Shown: one piece after another, positions 28,634 through 38,320 of the stretch | How the letters are laid out: every line of letters begins with the position of its first letter | Position numbering within the stretch: the stretch's first letter is position 1 | Assembly: GCA_031426755.1 (NCBI GenBank) | Contig: JASJPI010000003.1 | Coordinates: 101,011 to 165,010 of the forward strand | From: Curvibacter sp. | GTDB taxonomy: Bacteria > Pseudomonadota > Gammaproteobacteria > Burkholderiales > Burkholderiaceae_C | Reading direction: 5' to 3' | Length of the DNA: 64,000 nucleotides | Program-made: the position numbers and the translations under genes | The notes under the pieces: model-generated | What the model saw: the letters and a program-made list of their open reading frames with translations, nothing else | What the model was told of the DNA's origin: nothing | The model's database searches: none

Positions 28634-28648
28634 GCCGGCCGGTGGGAA

Positions 28649-30178
28649 TCAAACTTCCCGGCGCAGCGCGGGGAAGAGAATCACGTCGCGGATGCTCGGG
28701 CTGTCGGTCAGCAGCATCATCAGGCGGTCGATGCCGATGCCGCAGCCGCCGGTGGGCGGCATGCCGTATTCGAGCGCACGCACGAAGTCGTGGTCGAAGA
28801 ACATGGCTTCGTCGTCGCCGCTGTCCTTGGCCGCCACCTGGCCGTGGAAGCGCGCGGCCTGTTCCTCGGCGTCGTTGAGCTCGGAGAAGCCGTTGCCGAA
28901 CTCGCGGCCGGTGATGTAGAGCTCGAAGCGTTCGGTCACATCGGGTCGCGTGTCGCTGGCACGCGCCAGCGGCGAAATTTCCACCGGGTGCTCGCAGATG
29001 AAGGTCGGCTGCCAGAGCTTTTCCTCCACCGTTTCCTCGAAGTACAGCACCTGCAGTGCGGCCAGCGAACGGGTGGAGAGCTTGTTTTTCTCCTCGTTCA
29101 GGCCGAGCTTCTTGAGCGCGTTGATCAGCCAGGCACTGTCGTCGACATGCACGCCGGCTTCGCTGTGGTGAATGATGGCTTCGCGGATGGTCAGGCGCTC
29201 GAACGGCTTGGCCAGGTCGACCGGCTGGCCGCCGTAGCTGAGCTGCAGCGTACCTGCCGCCTGCTGGGCGGCATGGCGCACCAGGCCTTCGGTGAAGGTC
29301 ATCAGGTCCTGGTAGTCCCAGTAGGCCGCGTAGAACTCCATCATGGTGAACTCGGGGTTGTGGCGCACCGAGATGCCTTCGTTGCGGAAGTTGCGGTTGA
29401 TCTCGAACACACGCTCGAAACCGCCGACGATCAGGCGCTTGAGGTAGAGCTCGGGCGCAATGCGCAGGAACATTTCCTGGTCCAGCGCGTTGTGGTGGGT
29501 CTCGAAGGGTCGTGCGTTGGCGCCACCGGGAATCGGGTGCAGCATGGGTGTTTCGACTTCGAGGAAGTTGTGCGACACCATGAAGTCGCGGATCGAGCTC
29601 ACGGCCTTGCTGCGTGCGACGAAGCGCTGGCGGGCTTCCTCGTCGGTCATCAGGTCCACATAACGCTGACGGTATTTCACTTCCTGGTCGGCCACGCCGT
29701 GGAACTTGTCGGGCATCGGGCGCAGGCTCTTGGTCAGCAGGCGCACCTGGTTGGCCTGGATCGAGAGCTCGCCGGTCTTGGTCTTGAAGACCGTGCCCTC
29801 GGCCGCCACGATGTCGCCCAGATCCCAGTGCTTGAACTGCTCGTAGAGCTCTTCGCCCACTTCGTCGCGCTTGACGTAGATCTGGATGCGGCCGGTGCTG
29901 TCCTGCAGCGTGGCGAAGCTGGCCTTGCCCATGACGCGCTTGAGCATCATGCGGCCGGCGATCTTGGCGGTGCTGCCCTGGGCCAGCAGCCCCTCGGCAG
30001 TCTGGCCGGCATGGGCAGCAAACAGGTCGGCGGCGCGGTCGGCCGGCTTGAAGTCATTGGGGAAGGCCGGGCCCTTGCCATCGGCCTCTTGCTGGCGGAT
30101 GGCCTTGAGCTTGTCGCGCCGCTCGGCGATCAGCTGGTTTTCGTCCTGGGCGGGGGCTGCGGTGTTGTGTTCAGACAT
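28649..30178 (-). CDS. lysS: Lysine--tRNA ligase (class II)
   Basis: [49 protein letters not shown] and [14 protein letters not shown] class II motifs. ATG 30178 lies inside the 30211 ORF. Confidence 0.95.
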   Translation of the reverse strand: MSEHNTAAPAQDENQLIAERRDKLKAIRQQEADGKGPAFPNDFKPADRAADLFAAHAGQTAEGLLAQGSTAKIAGRMMLKRVMGKASFATLQDSTGRIQIYVKRDEVGEELYEQFKHWDLGDIVAAEGTVFKTKTGELSIQANQVRLLTKSLRPMPDKFHGVADQEVKYRQRYVDLMTDEEARQRFVARSKAVSSIRDFMVSHNFLEVETPMLHPIPGGANARPFETHHNALDQEMFLRIAPELYLKRLIVGGFERVFEINRNFRNEGISVRHNPEFTMMEFYAAYWDYQDLMTFTEGLVRHAAQQAAGTLQLSYGGQPVDLAKPFERLTIREAIIHHSEAGVHVDDSAWLINALKKLGLNEEKNKLSTRSLAALQVLYFEETVEEKLWQPTFICEHPVEISPLARASDTRPDVTERFELYITGREFGNGFSELNDAEEQAARFHGQVAAKDSGDDEAMFFDHDFVRALEYGMPPTGGCGIGIDRLMMLLTDSPSIRDVILFPALRREV

Positions 30179-30268
30179 GAGAGGGCAGGGTAGGAGGTGG
30201 CCATGAAACATGGCCAGAACCCGCTATTTTAATGACGCTATGATTTGGCGAACTTTTGGCCAAGATCC

Positions 30269-30832
30269 ATGCTGTTCCAGATCCTTTCCCTGTTGCTCGA
30301 AGTTGTCGCCGGTGTGGTGGGTGGCGCCTGTCTGCTGCGCCTGTACATGCAGCATCAGCGCATCCCGATGTCGGCACGTTCCGGCAATCCGCTCGGGCGT
30401 TTCGTCTTTGCCTTGACCGACTGGTTGGTGCTGCCGCTGCGTCGCGTGCTGCCGGCCCTGGGGCGCTGGGATACGGCCAGCCTGGCGGGCGTGTTCCTGA
30501 TCGAGCTGGCGCAGTTCTCGCTGCTGTGGGCGTTCACCAGCTTTGGCGCCAGCTATGTCTCGGTGCTGATCCTGGCTGCCTTCGGCGTGGTGCGGCTGGC
30601 CATTTCGGGCCTGACGGGTCTGGTGATTGTCTATGCCGTGCTCTCGTGGCTGCAAAGCAGCAACGTGCTGACCGACGTCATCGACCGGCTGGTGGCGCCG
30701 CCGCTGGCGCCAATCCGGCGCCTGGTGCCGCTGGTGGGCGGCATCGACCTGTCGCCGTTGGTGCTGCTGGTGCTGTTGCAGGTCGCCGCCATTGTGCTGG
30801 GCAGTCTGCAGGGCGCTGCGCTGATGTATTGA
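30269..30832 (+). CDS. yggT: YggT family membrane protein
   Basis: Multiple TM segments. The duplicated YGGT-like motif includes PLRRVLPALGRWDTASL and APIRRLVPLVGGIDLSPLVLLVLL. The TTG 30245 start is also possible. Confidence 0.75.
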   Translation: MLFQILSLLLEVVAGVVGGACLLRLYMQHQRIPMSARSGNPLGRFVFALTDWLVLPLRRVLPALGRWDTASLAGVFLIELAQFSLLWAFTSFGASYVSVLILAAFGVVRLAISGLTGLVIVYAVLSWLQSSNVLTDVIDRLVAPPLAPIRRLVPLVGGIDLSPLVLLVLLQVAAIVLGSLQGAALMY

Positions 30833-30998
30833 ACACCCCCAGGCTTGCTCGCTGCGCGTAGCCGCCAGACAGGCCCGCGCCAGAGGCTGTGGCTCTTCGG
30901 CCTGTCCGAGCCTGCGCAGGCAGGTTCGGAGCCGCAGGCCTTAGCCCCTTGCAGGGGGCAACGCCAGCGGTCCGGCAAAGCCGGTCCCGCGGCGTTTC
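30832..30998 (+). repeat. Intergenic hairpin repeat, copy B (subfamily 1, composite with about 95-nt internal segment)
   Basis: The left end AACACCCCCAGGCTTGCTCGCTGCGCGTAGCC starts at the last base of the yggT TGA. The right end CCCCTTGCAGGGGGCAACGCCAGCGGTCCGGCAAAGCCGGTCCCGCGGCGTTTC matches copy A. Between them lies an extra hairpin CAGACAGGCC...GGCCTGTCCG. Confidence 0.7.
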
Positions 30999-31066
30999 AC
31001 GACTGAGTCCGGTAGTGCGCGACGATCTCGCGCCTTGTACAGGGGATTTGCTCGGGGCTGTCTGCT

Positions 31067-31939
31067 TCAGATCACCGCGTCAGCCGGCTGGCGTTGCAGC
31101 ATGGCCAGCGTGCTGGCCACGGTCTTGCGCAGTTCGCGGCGGTCGCAGATGAAGTCGACGGCGCCTTTTTGCTGCAGGAACTCGGCGCGCTGGAAGCCTT
31201 CCGGCAGGGTCACGCGCACGGTCGATTCGATCACGCGCGGGCCGGCAAAGCCGATCAGGGCCTTGGGCTCGGCAATCACCACGTCACCCAGGAAGGCGAA
31301 GCCGGCGCTGACGCCGCCCATGGTCGGGTCGGTCAGCACGCTGATGTAGGGCAGGCCCTTCTTGGCCAGACGGGTCAGGGCCGCGTTGGTCTTGGCCATC
31401 TGCATGAGCGAGAGCAGACCTTCCTGCATGCGCGCGCCACCGGTGGCGGTGAAACACAGGAACGGCACTTTCTGCTCGATCGCAGTTTCCACGCCGCGCA
31501 CGAAGCGCTCGCCCACCACCGATCCCATGGAACCACCCATGAAGCTGAACTCGAAGCACGCCGCCACCAGGCTGATGCCATGCACGGCACCGCCCATCAC
31601 GATCAGGGCATCGGTTTCGCCGGTGGCGTCCATGGCTTCCTTCAGGCGCTCGGGGTACTTGCGGCTGTCCTTGAACTTCAGCGCATCGACCGGCACCACT
31701 TCCTGGCCGATCTCGTAGCGGCCTTCGTTGTCGAGGAAGGCGTTGAGACGCGCGCGCGCGTCGATGCGGTGGTGGTGGCTGCAACTCGGGCAGACGTTCT
31801 GGTTCTGCTCCAGGTCGGTCTTGTAGAGCACGCTCTCGCAACTGGGGCACTTGATCCACAGCCCTTCGGGCACGCTGCGCCGGTCGGCCGGGTCGGTGTG
31901 CTGGATTTTGGGAGGCAGAAGTTTTTCAAGCCAGCTCAT
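31067..31939 (-). CDS. accD: Acetyl-CoA carboxylase carboxyltransferase beta subunit
   Basis: [12 protein letters not shown], the zinc ribbon CPSCESVLY...CPSCSHH, and the carboxyltransferase domain [10 protein letters not shown]. Confidence 0.95.
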   Translation of the reverse strand: MSWLEKLLPPKIQHTDPADRRSVPEGLWIKCPSCESVLYKTDLEQNQNVCPSCSHHHRIDARARLNAFLDNEGRYEIGQEVVPVDALKFKDSRKYPERLKEAMDATGETDALIVMGGAVHGISLVAACFEFSFMGGSMGSVVGERFVRGVETAIEQKVPFLCFTATGGARMQEGLLSLMQMAKTNAALTRLAKKGLPYISVLTDPTMGGVSAGFAFLGDVVIAEPKALIGFAGPRVIESTVRVTLPEGFQRAEFLQQKGAVDFICDRRELRKTVASTLAMLQRQPADAVI

Positions 31940-32008
31940 GTGCAATTCCTCAATGTCAAAACTGGGGTCAGGACCCAGTTCCCGGTTTCATAGGTCGGTC
32001 GGGGGGGA

Positions 32009-32827
32009 TTATGAATCCAAAGCAGCCCGGATCTCGCGCAGGAAGTCCGAGGCCGCCTGAACCACCCGCTCACGCGGCTGGTTGTCGATCAGCTGGATGA
32101 TGCGGCTGCCGATCACCACCGCGTCGGCCACCCGGCCCACGGCCCGGGCGCTGGCCGCATCGCGGATGCCGAAACCGACGCCGACCGGGATTTTGACATG
32201 CTGGCGGATCTTGGGCAGCATGGCTTCCACCGCCGCCGTGTCCAGGGTGCCGGCACCGGTCACGCCCTTGAGCGAGACGTAGTAGACGTAACCGCTGGCC
32301 ACCCGGGCCACCTGGTCCATGCGCTCGGCGGTCGAGGTGGGGGCCAGCAGGAAGATCAGATCCAGGCCATGGGCCTTGAGCGCAGCCGCGAATGCTTCGC
32401 ACTCCTCGGGCGGGTAGTCCACCACCAGCACGCCATCGACGCCAGCGGCGGCCGCATCGCGGGCGAAGGCGTTGTCGCCGCTGGCCGGATGCAGCTGGTT
32501 GTAGCGCTCGATCGGATTGGCGTAGCCCATCAGCACCACCGGGGTGGTGCTGTTCTTCTGGCGGAAGCTGCGCACCATCTCCAGCACCTGGCGCAGGCCG
32601 ATGCCGGCAGCCAGGGCCTTGTCACCGGCGGCCTGGATCACGGGGCCGTCGGCGCTGGGGTCGGAGAAGGGCACGCCGAGTTCAATGACGTCGGCGCCGG
32701 CCGCCACCATGCCGTGCATGAGTTCGGGCGTGATGTCGGGGTAGGGAAAACCGGCCGTGACGAAGGGAATCAGGGCCTTGCGGTTGTGCGCTTTCAACGC
32801 GGCAAAGGTCGTTGCGATGCGATTCAT
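32009..32827 (-). CDS. trpA: Tryptophan synthase alpha chain
   Basis: 272 aa from [46 protein letters not shown] and GFGI motifs. The longer ORF-track form (to 33448) is read-through over trpB. Confidence 0.95.
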   Translation of the reverse strand: MNRIATTFAALKAHNRKALIPFVTAGFPYPDITPELMHGMVAAGADVIELGVPFSDPSADGPVIQAAGDKALAAGIGLRQVLEMVRSFRQKNSTTPVVLMGYANPIERYNQLHPASGDNAFARDAAAAGVDGVLVVDYPPEECEAFAAALKAHGLDLIFLLAPTSTAERMDQVARVASGYVYYVSLKGVTGAGTLDTAAVEAMLPKIRQHVKIPVGVGFGIRDAASARAVGRVADAVVIGSRIIQLIDNQPRERVVQAASDFLREIRAALDS

Positions 32828-34095
32828 TTGCGCCCCTCCCCGCCTTTGACCGAGATGCCGCGCATCGAGGGCCGGTCGTAGAAATCGGCGCCCGAGAGAT
32901 CGGCCACGGTGCCGATGTCCTTGTCGCCCCGACCCGAGAGATTCACGAGGATGGACTGGTCGGCTCGCATGGTCTTGGCCAGCTTCATGGCATAGGCCAC
33001 GGCATGGCTCGATTCGAGCGCGGGGATGATGCCCTCGGTGCGGCACAGGTAGTGGAACGCGGCCAGTGCTTCGGTGTCGGTGATGCCGACGTACTCGGCA
33101 CGGCCGATGTCCTTGAGGTAGGCGTGCTCGGGGCCGACGCCGGGGTAGTCCAGGCCGGCGCTGATGCTGTGGGTCTCGGTCACCTGGCCATCCTCGTTCT
33201 GCAGTACGTAGGTTCGGTTGCCGTGCAGCACACCCGGGCTGCCGCGTTGCAGCGAGGCCGAGTGCTTGCCGCTGTCCATGCCTTCGCCCGCGGCCTCGAC
33301 GCCGATCAGGCGCGTCTGCTCGTGCGGGATGTAGGGGTAGAAGATGCCCATGGCATTGCTGCCGCCGCCGACGCAGGCGACCACGGCGTCGGGCTGCTGC
33401 GTCTTGCAGCCGGCGCGTGCCAGCATCTCGGGCATCTGCACCAGGCATTCGTTGCCGATCACGCTCTGGAAGTCGCGCACCATCATCGGGTAGGGGTGCG
33501 GGCCGGCCACGGTGCCGATGATGTAGAAGGTGTTGTCCACGTTGGCGACCCAGTCGCGCATGGCCTCGTTGAGTGCGTCCTTCAGCGTCTTGCTGCCGGA
33601 CTCCACCGGCACCACGGTGGCGCCCAGCAGGTTCATGCGGTAGACGTTGGGGCTCTGGCGCTTGACGTCGGCACTACCCATGTAGACCACGCACTCCAGG
33701 CCGTAGCGCGCGCAGATGGTGGCGGTGGCCACGCCGTGCTGGCCGGCACCGGTCTCGGCGATGATGCGCGTCTTGCCCATGCGCCGGGCCAGCATGGCCT
33801 GGCCGATGGTGTTGTTGATCTTGTGTGCGCCGGTGTGGTTCAGGTCCTCGCGCTTGAGGAAGATCTGGGCGCCGCCCTGCTCGCGGCTCATGCGCGCCGC
33901 GTGGTAGATCGGCGAGGGGCGGCCGACGAAGTGGGCCAGCTCATCCTTGAACTCGGCCAGGAACTCGGGGTCGTGCTGGTACTTGGCGTAGGCCGCGCGC
34001 AGCTGGTTGATGGCATGCGTCAGCGTTTCGCTGACAAAGCTGCCGCCGTAAATGCCGAAATGGCCCGAGGCATCGGGCTGGTGGTAGTCGAACAT
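32824..34095 (-). CDS. trpB: Tryptophan synthase beta chain
   Basis: 423 aa. [12 protein letters not shown]-type PLP lysine region ([15 protein letters not shown]) and [12 protein letters not shown] overlap with trpA. Confidence 0.95.
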   Translation of the reverse strand: MFDYHQPDASGHFGIYGGSFVSETLTHAINQLRAAYAKYQHDPEFLAEFKDELAHFVGRPSPIYHAARMSREQGGAQIFLKREDLNHTGAHKINNTIGQAMLARRMGKTRIIAETGAGQHGVATATICARYGLECVVYMGSADVKRQSPNVYRMNLLGATVVPVESGSKTLKDALNEAMRDWVANVDNTFYIIGTVAGPHPYPMMVRDFQSVIGNECLVQMPEMLARAGCKTQQPDAVVACVGGGSNAMGIFYPYIPHEQTRLIGVEAAGEGMDSGKHSASLQRGSPGVLHGNRTYVLQNEDGQVTETHSISAGLDYPGVGPEHAYLKDIGRAEYVGITDTEALAAFHYLCRTEGIIPALESSHAVAYAMKLAKTMRADQSILVNLSGRGDKDIGTVADLSGADFYDRPSMRGISVKGGEGRK

Positions 34096-34098
34096 GTC

Positions 34099-34776
34099 TT
34101 AGCCTGCAAGTTGTGCGTCGGCAGCACGAACCGCTGCGACGAACTGATTGATCTTGGCGGCGTCCTTGATGCCCTTGGAGGCCTCGACGCCGGAACTCAC
34201 ATCCACGGCCAGCGATTTACAGCGCGGCCGTACCTGCCGAATGCCATCGGCCACGTTTGCAGGTGTGAGCCCACCACTCAAGACGAGGTGAGCGTCGACG
34301 TTTGGAGGAAGAAGTGACCAATTGAATGCCTTGCCGCCGCCGCCAAAACCGTCGACGTGGGCGTCGAGCAGGATGGCCTGGGCGGCTGAGTAATCCTGGG
34401 CGTATTTTACGAGGTCGAAGGCGCGCCCGGCTTCGCCCAGCGGAATGCGGGCCGCGCGCAGGAAGTCGCGGGCGCCTTGGCTGCTGGCCTGCAGGCATTG
34501 CGCTGGCGTCTCGTCGCCATGAAATTGCAGGGTAGCGCCCGGAATGGCGGCGCAGGTAGCTATGATTTTTGTAGCATTTTCGTTCACGAACAGCAGCACC
34601 GGCGTGACGAAAGGCGGCAGTCGCCGGGCCAGTTCGGCGGCGCGCTCGGGGGCTACATACCGCGGACTCTTTTCATAGAGCACGAAGCCCACCGCATCGG
34701 CGCCGGCGGCCACCGCTGCATCGACGTCCTGCTCGCGAGTCAGGCCGCAGATCTTGATTCTTGTTCGCGTGTTCAT
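34099..34776 (-). CDS. trpF: Phosphoribosylanthranilate isomerase
   Basis: TRIKICGLTREQDVDAAVAAGADAVGFV and DVSSGVE. ATG 34776 overlaps the truA stop (ATGA). Confidence 0.9.
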   Translation of the reverse strand: MNTRTRIKICGLTREQDVDAAVAAGADAVGFVLYEKSPRYVAPERAAELARRLPPFVTPVLLFVNENATKIIATCAAIPGATLQFHGDETPAQCLQASSQGARDFLRAARIPLGEAGRAFDLVKYAQDYSAAQAILLDAHVDGFGGGGKAFNWSLLPPNVDAHLVLSGGLTPANVADGIRQVRPRCKSLAVDVSSGVEASKGIKDAAKINQFVAAVRAADAQLAG

Positions 34777-35555
34777 GGCAGCCAATCATACGCAGGCGTG
34801 CGATCCGGCAAGCCCCAGCGGGCGTCGTAGCGTGGCCCGAGGAAGTACAGGCCGTCGGGCGAGAAGGTCGGGGCGGCGGCGTCACGGCTGCGTGCCGCCA
34901 GCACCTCGTTGATCCATTGCGGCGGCTGCTTGCCCTGGCCGATCACGATCAGGCAGCCCATGATGTTGCGGATCATGTGGTGCAGGAAAGCATTGGCCTC
35001 GAACTCGAAACGCCAGTAGGCACCACGCCGGCTGATTTCCAGGCGCAGCAGGTTTTTCACCGGCGAGAGGGCCTGGCAGGCCGAGGCGCGGAAGGAGGTA
35101 AAGTCGTGCTCACCCAGCAGAAGGATGGCAGCCTCTTCCATGGCCGCCAGGTCCAGCGGCTGGAAGACCCAGCCGACGCGCCCGGTGTCGACACTGGGGC
35201 GCACCGGCGACTCCAGCAACGAATAGGCATAGCGGCGTGAGAGGGCGCTGGCACGGCAGTGAAATTCGTCCGGCACGACGTGGGCCCACTGCACGGCGAT
35301 GTCGCGCGGCAGGAAACTATTGGTACCGCGCACCCAGGCGTAGGGGGCGCGTTCGGCGCTGGTGTCGAAATGCACCACCTGCATCAGGCCGTGCACCCCG
35401 GCATCGGTGCGGCCGGCACACAGGGTGGAGATGCGCTGGTCGGCAAACTGGCTCAGCGCCTTTTCCAGCTGATCCTGTACCGTGCGGCCCGAAGGTTGGC
35501 TTTGCCAGCCGTCATACGATTGGCCGTTGTAGCTGACGCCTAAAGCCACCCTCAC
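34773..35555 (-). CDS. truA: tRNA pseudouridine(38-40) synthase
   Basis: MRVALGVSYNGQSYDGWQSQ, CAGRTDAGVHG (catalytic Asp) and FLHHMIRNI. Confidence 0.9.
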   Translation of the reverse strand: MRVALGVSYNGQSYDGWQSQPSGRTVQDQLEKALSQFADQRISTLCAGRTDAGVHGLMQVVHFDTSAERAPYAWVRGTNSFLPRDIAVQWAHVVPDEFHCRASALSRRYAYSLLESPVRPSVDTGRVGWVFQPLDLAAMEEAAILLLGEHDFTSFRASACQALSPVKNLLRLEISRRGAYWRFEFEANAFLHHMIRNIMGCLIVIGQGKQPPQWINEVLAARSRDAAAPTFSPDGLYFLGPRYDARWGLPDRTPAYDWLP

Positions 35556-35598
35556 GGCAAGATCGGGTCCACGTGTATCGCCTGCGGACTGAGCAAAC

Positions 35599-38088
35599 TC
35601 AATTGAGCTTGCTCAGGGCTTCCTGGGCCTTGAGCTTGGTGTCGCCAGTGGCTTCGGCGATGATTTCCTCGATCAGGGCGCGGGCACCGTCGGTGTCGCC
35701 GATGGCGCTGAATTCCTCGGCCAAGGCCAGTTTGGTTGCCAAGGGGTCATCCGAGGCACCGGTCTGCTCGGTGGTTGGCTCACCCAGGTCGAGCGAGAGC
35801 GAGCCGAGATCGAATTCAAGGGCGCCGGTATTGCTGTCGGCGCTCGTCGGCATGCTCCCGGGGGCTTGCGCTTCGGCGGGGGTATCGAGGCTGTCCGGGA
35901 ACTCGGGCGGTTCGAATTCGAGGCTGTTGTCGGTGTCCTTGCTGGCCACGGCGGGCAGATCGATATCCAGGTCCAGGGCGGGCGGTGTGGCTTCAGGTTC
36001 AGCAACCGGTGCCACGGCAGTGACGGATGCGGCCGGTTCTTCGTCCAGCGAGAAGTCCAGATCCAGGTCCAGGTCGACCGGGGAAATGGCGGGCTCGGCT
36101 GCCGGCACCGGCAGCGGGCTGGCCGGGGCCTCACTGGCACTGAATTCGGCGGCTGCCAGCGGCACGGGGGCCGAGGTCGGCTGGCCACCAGGCTGGTAGA
36201 ACTCATTGTCCGGGTCGATGCTCAAGCCCAGTTCGCTGGCACGGCTCCAGTCGGCGCCCTCGCCCTCGGTCAGTCGATGAACTTCGGTGGCGATGTTCTC
36301 GAAGTTGCGGACATCGCGACGCTTGGCATAGATCTCCATCAGCTTGAGGTGGATGGCGATCCGGTCGGGATGGAGGCGCAGGGCTTCCTTCAGGATTTCC
36401 TCGGCTTGCAGGTCGCGGCCATAGGCCAGATAGACATCGGCTTCGGCCACCGGATCGACATCATCGGCCGCATCGAGCTGGCTCGGCGAATAGACCATGG
36501 AGGAGCCCGTAGTGCCGCTATCGTGGGTGTCGACGCGCTGGCCGCCGCTGCCGCCAAAGAATGAATCAGGCTGCAGCCGGCTTTCCAGGAAGGAACTGTC
36601 CATCTGGGCCGCCTGCTTGCGCTGGCGCACGCGGTAAAAGCCCAGTCCGGCCAGCAAGGCGATCAGGCCCGCTGCAGCTGCGGGGACCAGCGGGTTGTCC
36701 AGCAGTTCGTCCAGCAGGCTGGGCTCTTCCACCGGCATCGGTGGCACGGCGACCGGCCGCTTGGCGGGTGCCGAGGCGGCCGGAGCCGGGGCAGAGGCGG
36801 CTGCAGCTGGTGCCGAGGCTTCGGCCGCCGGGGCTGAAGCTGTCACGGCCGGCAGGGCGACGGCGGTTGATGCCGCAGCCGAAGCGGGCTGGGACGGCTC
36901 GGGCGCGGCCTGTGCGGCGGCCTGGGGGCTCGATGCGGCCGGGGCCGGCGTGACCGCAGCACTCAGCTTGCTCAGCTCGGCAATGTTCTTGGACAGCTCT
37001 TCGGCGCGACTGGCCGTTTCCTTGGCGCTGCGTTCCTTGGCGATCTTCTCTTCGCTGCCTTGGGTCTGGACGGCGCCCTTGGAGAGGGTCAGCTTGTCGG
37101 GGGTGCCGGTGGCGGCCTTCTTGTCCTCGACCTGGGCCTCGACCTTGCCGCCGGCGCGGCGGTCGGCCGTCGTTACCTGACTGAGAGGCGCGCTGCCGGC
37201 CAGCTTGCGACGGAATTCGTTGAAGTCCTTGCTTTGGGCCAGCACGATCTGGTGGGCTTCTTCGGCAGAAGTGGCCTGGGCTTCCTCGGCGCCCGGCAAG
37301 GTGACCACCACGCCACTGCGCAGACGGTTGATGTTGCCGTTGATGAAGGCATCGGGGTTGGCGCGCAGCATGGCCACCAGCATCTGGTCGAGCGATACAC
37401 CGGCCGGACGGCCGGACGCGACCAGCTTGCTGGCCGTGTCACCGGACTTGACGGTGAGCTGTTTGGCGGCAGCGGCTGGCGCCGGCTTGGCTGCCGCTTC
37501 GGGGCTGGGCTTGACCGTCGCAGGGCGGGAAGCCGCCGGCGCGACGGCACGGCTGGGGCCGCTTACCGGGGCGGGTGTCGTGGCGCTTGCAGCAGGTGGC
37601 CTGGGCGCAACACGGGCCGGCGCGGGGCTGAGCTGCGGCGCCGTTGGCGTGACGGCCTGCGGCTGGCGCAGATTGGGCGGGTCGAACAGCATCGTGTAAT
37701 CGCGCACGATGCGGCCGGAGGACCAGCTGGCCTCCAGAATCAGGTCCACATAGGGGTCATTGACGGTGCGGTCGCTGCTGATGCGCAGATAGGAGCGTCC
37801 GTCCGGGCGTTTCTGCAGTGAGATCTGCAGGCCGCTCATGGTCGGGTTGTAGTCCATGCCGGCAGCACGGAAGGCTTCCGGCGATGCCACGCTGGCCTTG
37901 AGCGAGGCGGCTTCCTCGGGATTGATGTCCGGGATATCGATTTCTGCCCGAAGAGGCTCGCCCAGTGCCGACAGAACAGCAATACGCCCCAGCGAGAGCG
38001 CCGAAGCATGGGTTCCCCACAGACCCAGTAGCGCCGTGGCCGCAACGGCCAGGGCGGTTTTCTGCCAGCGGTGTGACTTAGCAATCAA
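35599..38088 (-). CDS. fimV: FimV-like peptidoglycan-binding protein (LysM, Ala/Pro-rich linker, TM, TPR-like, acidic C-terminal region with FimV C-terminal motif)
   Basis: Signal/TM N-terminus. LysM (LTVKSGDTASKLV...LDQMLVAMLRANPDAF.NGNINRLRSGVVVTLP). A long A/P-rich stretch. The C-terminus DDPLATKLALAEEFSAIGDTDGARALIEEI is typical of FimV. TTG 38088 is preceded by GGAGG 8 nt upstream. The ORF-track start 38160 has no obvious SD. Confidence 0.8.
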   Translation of the reverse strand: MIAKSHRWQKTALAVAATALLGLWGTHASALSLGRIAVLSALGEPLRAEIDIPDINPEEAASLKASVASPEAFRAAGMDYNPTMSGLQISLQKRPDGRSYLRISSDRTVNDPYVDLILEASWSSGRIVRDYTMLFDPPNLRQPQAVTPTAPQLSPAPARVAPRPPAASATTPAPVSGPSRAVAPAASRPATVKPSPEAAAKPAPAAAAKQLTVKSGDTASKLVASGRPAGVSLDQMLVAMLRANPDAFINGNINRLRSGVVVTLPGAEEAQATSAEEAHQIVLAQSKDFNEFRRKLAGSAPLSQVTTADRRAGGKVEAQVEDKKAATGTPDKLTLSKGAVQTQGSEEKIAKERSAKETASRAEELSKNIAELSKLSAAVTPAPAASSPQAAAQAAPEPSQPASAAASTAVALPAVTASAPAAEASAPAAAASAPAPAASAPAKRPVAVPPMPVEEPSLLDELLDNPLVPAAAAGLIALLAGLGFYRVRQRKQAAQMDSSFLESRLQPDSFFGGSGGQRVDTHDSGTTGSSMVYSPSQLDAADDVDPVAEADVYLAYGRDLQAEEILKEALRLHPDRIAIHLKLMEIYAKRRDVRNFENIATEVHRLTEGEGADWSRASELGLSIDPDNEFYQPGGQPTSAPVPLAAAEFSASEAPASPLPVPAAEPAISPVDLDLDLDFSLDEEPAASVTAVAPVAEPEATPPALDLDIDLPAVASKDTDNSLEFEPPEFPDSLDTPAEAQAPGSMPTSADSNTGALEFDLGSLSLDLGEPTTEQTGASDDPLATKLALAEEFSAIGDTDGARALIEEIIAEATGDTKLKAQEALSKLN

Positions 38089-38320
38089 TTTATTAGCCTC
38101 CGATGTTCGGGCAAGCGGCCACGCCCGGCGCGTTTTGCGAGCCAAGCGACCGACGCTCAAAACAGGAAAAGTACCTTAACATCAATATGTTAGCCTGACA
38201 AGCTGAGAAAGCGCTTAACCTTCTGAGCCTGCCTTTCGTCGCCCCAGGCTGGGCTCGGTGTTGTCAAACGACAACGGCTTGCGGCAAGCCGCAAGCCGTT
38301 GCTTCGAGGGCAAAACCAGC

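Noticed and set aside
28088-30193. 701-aa ORF on the + strand opposite lysS and the split-barrel gene
   Set aside because: It mirrors the lysS reading frame, has no motifs and shows the same GC-bias artefact.
32009-33448. 479-aa extended form of trpA. Analogous extended forms exist for leuB (39535-41163), era (18740-19912), mdh (49666), the citE-like gene (50651) and recO (19939).
   Set aside because: The N-terminal extensions read through the 3' ends of the upstream genes or through repeat DNA in a different frame, and they are Arg/Pro-rich nonsense. Internal ATGs with an SD or ATGA/TGATG coupling give canonical protein N-termini.
36700-37650. Ala/Pro-rich repetitive stretch inside fimV considered as a tandem DNA repeat or mobile insertion
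   Set aside because: It stays in frame within a single long ORF flanked by LysM and FimV C-terminal motifs. Low-complexity linkers are normal for FimV-type proteins.
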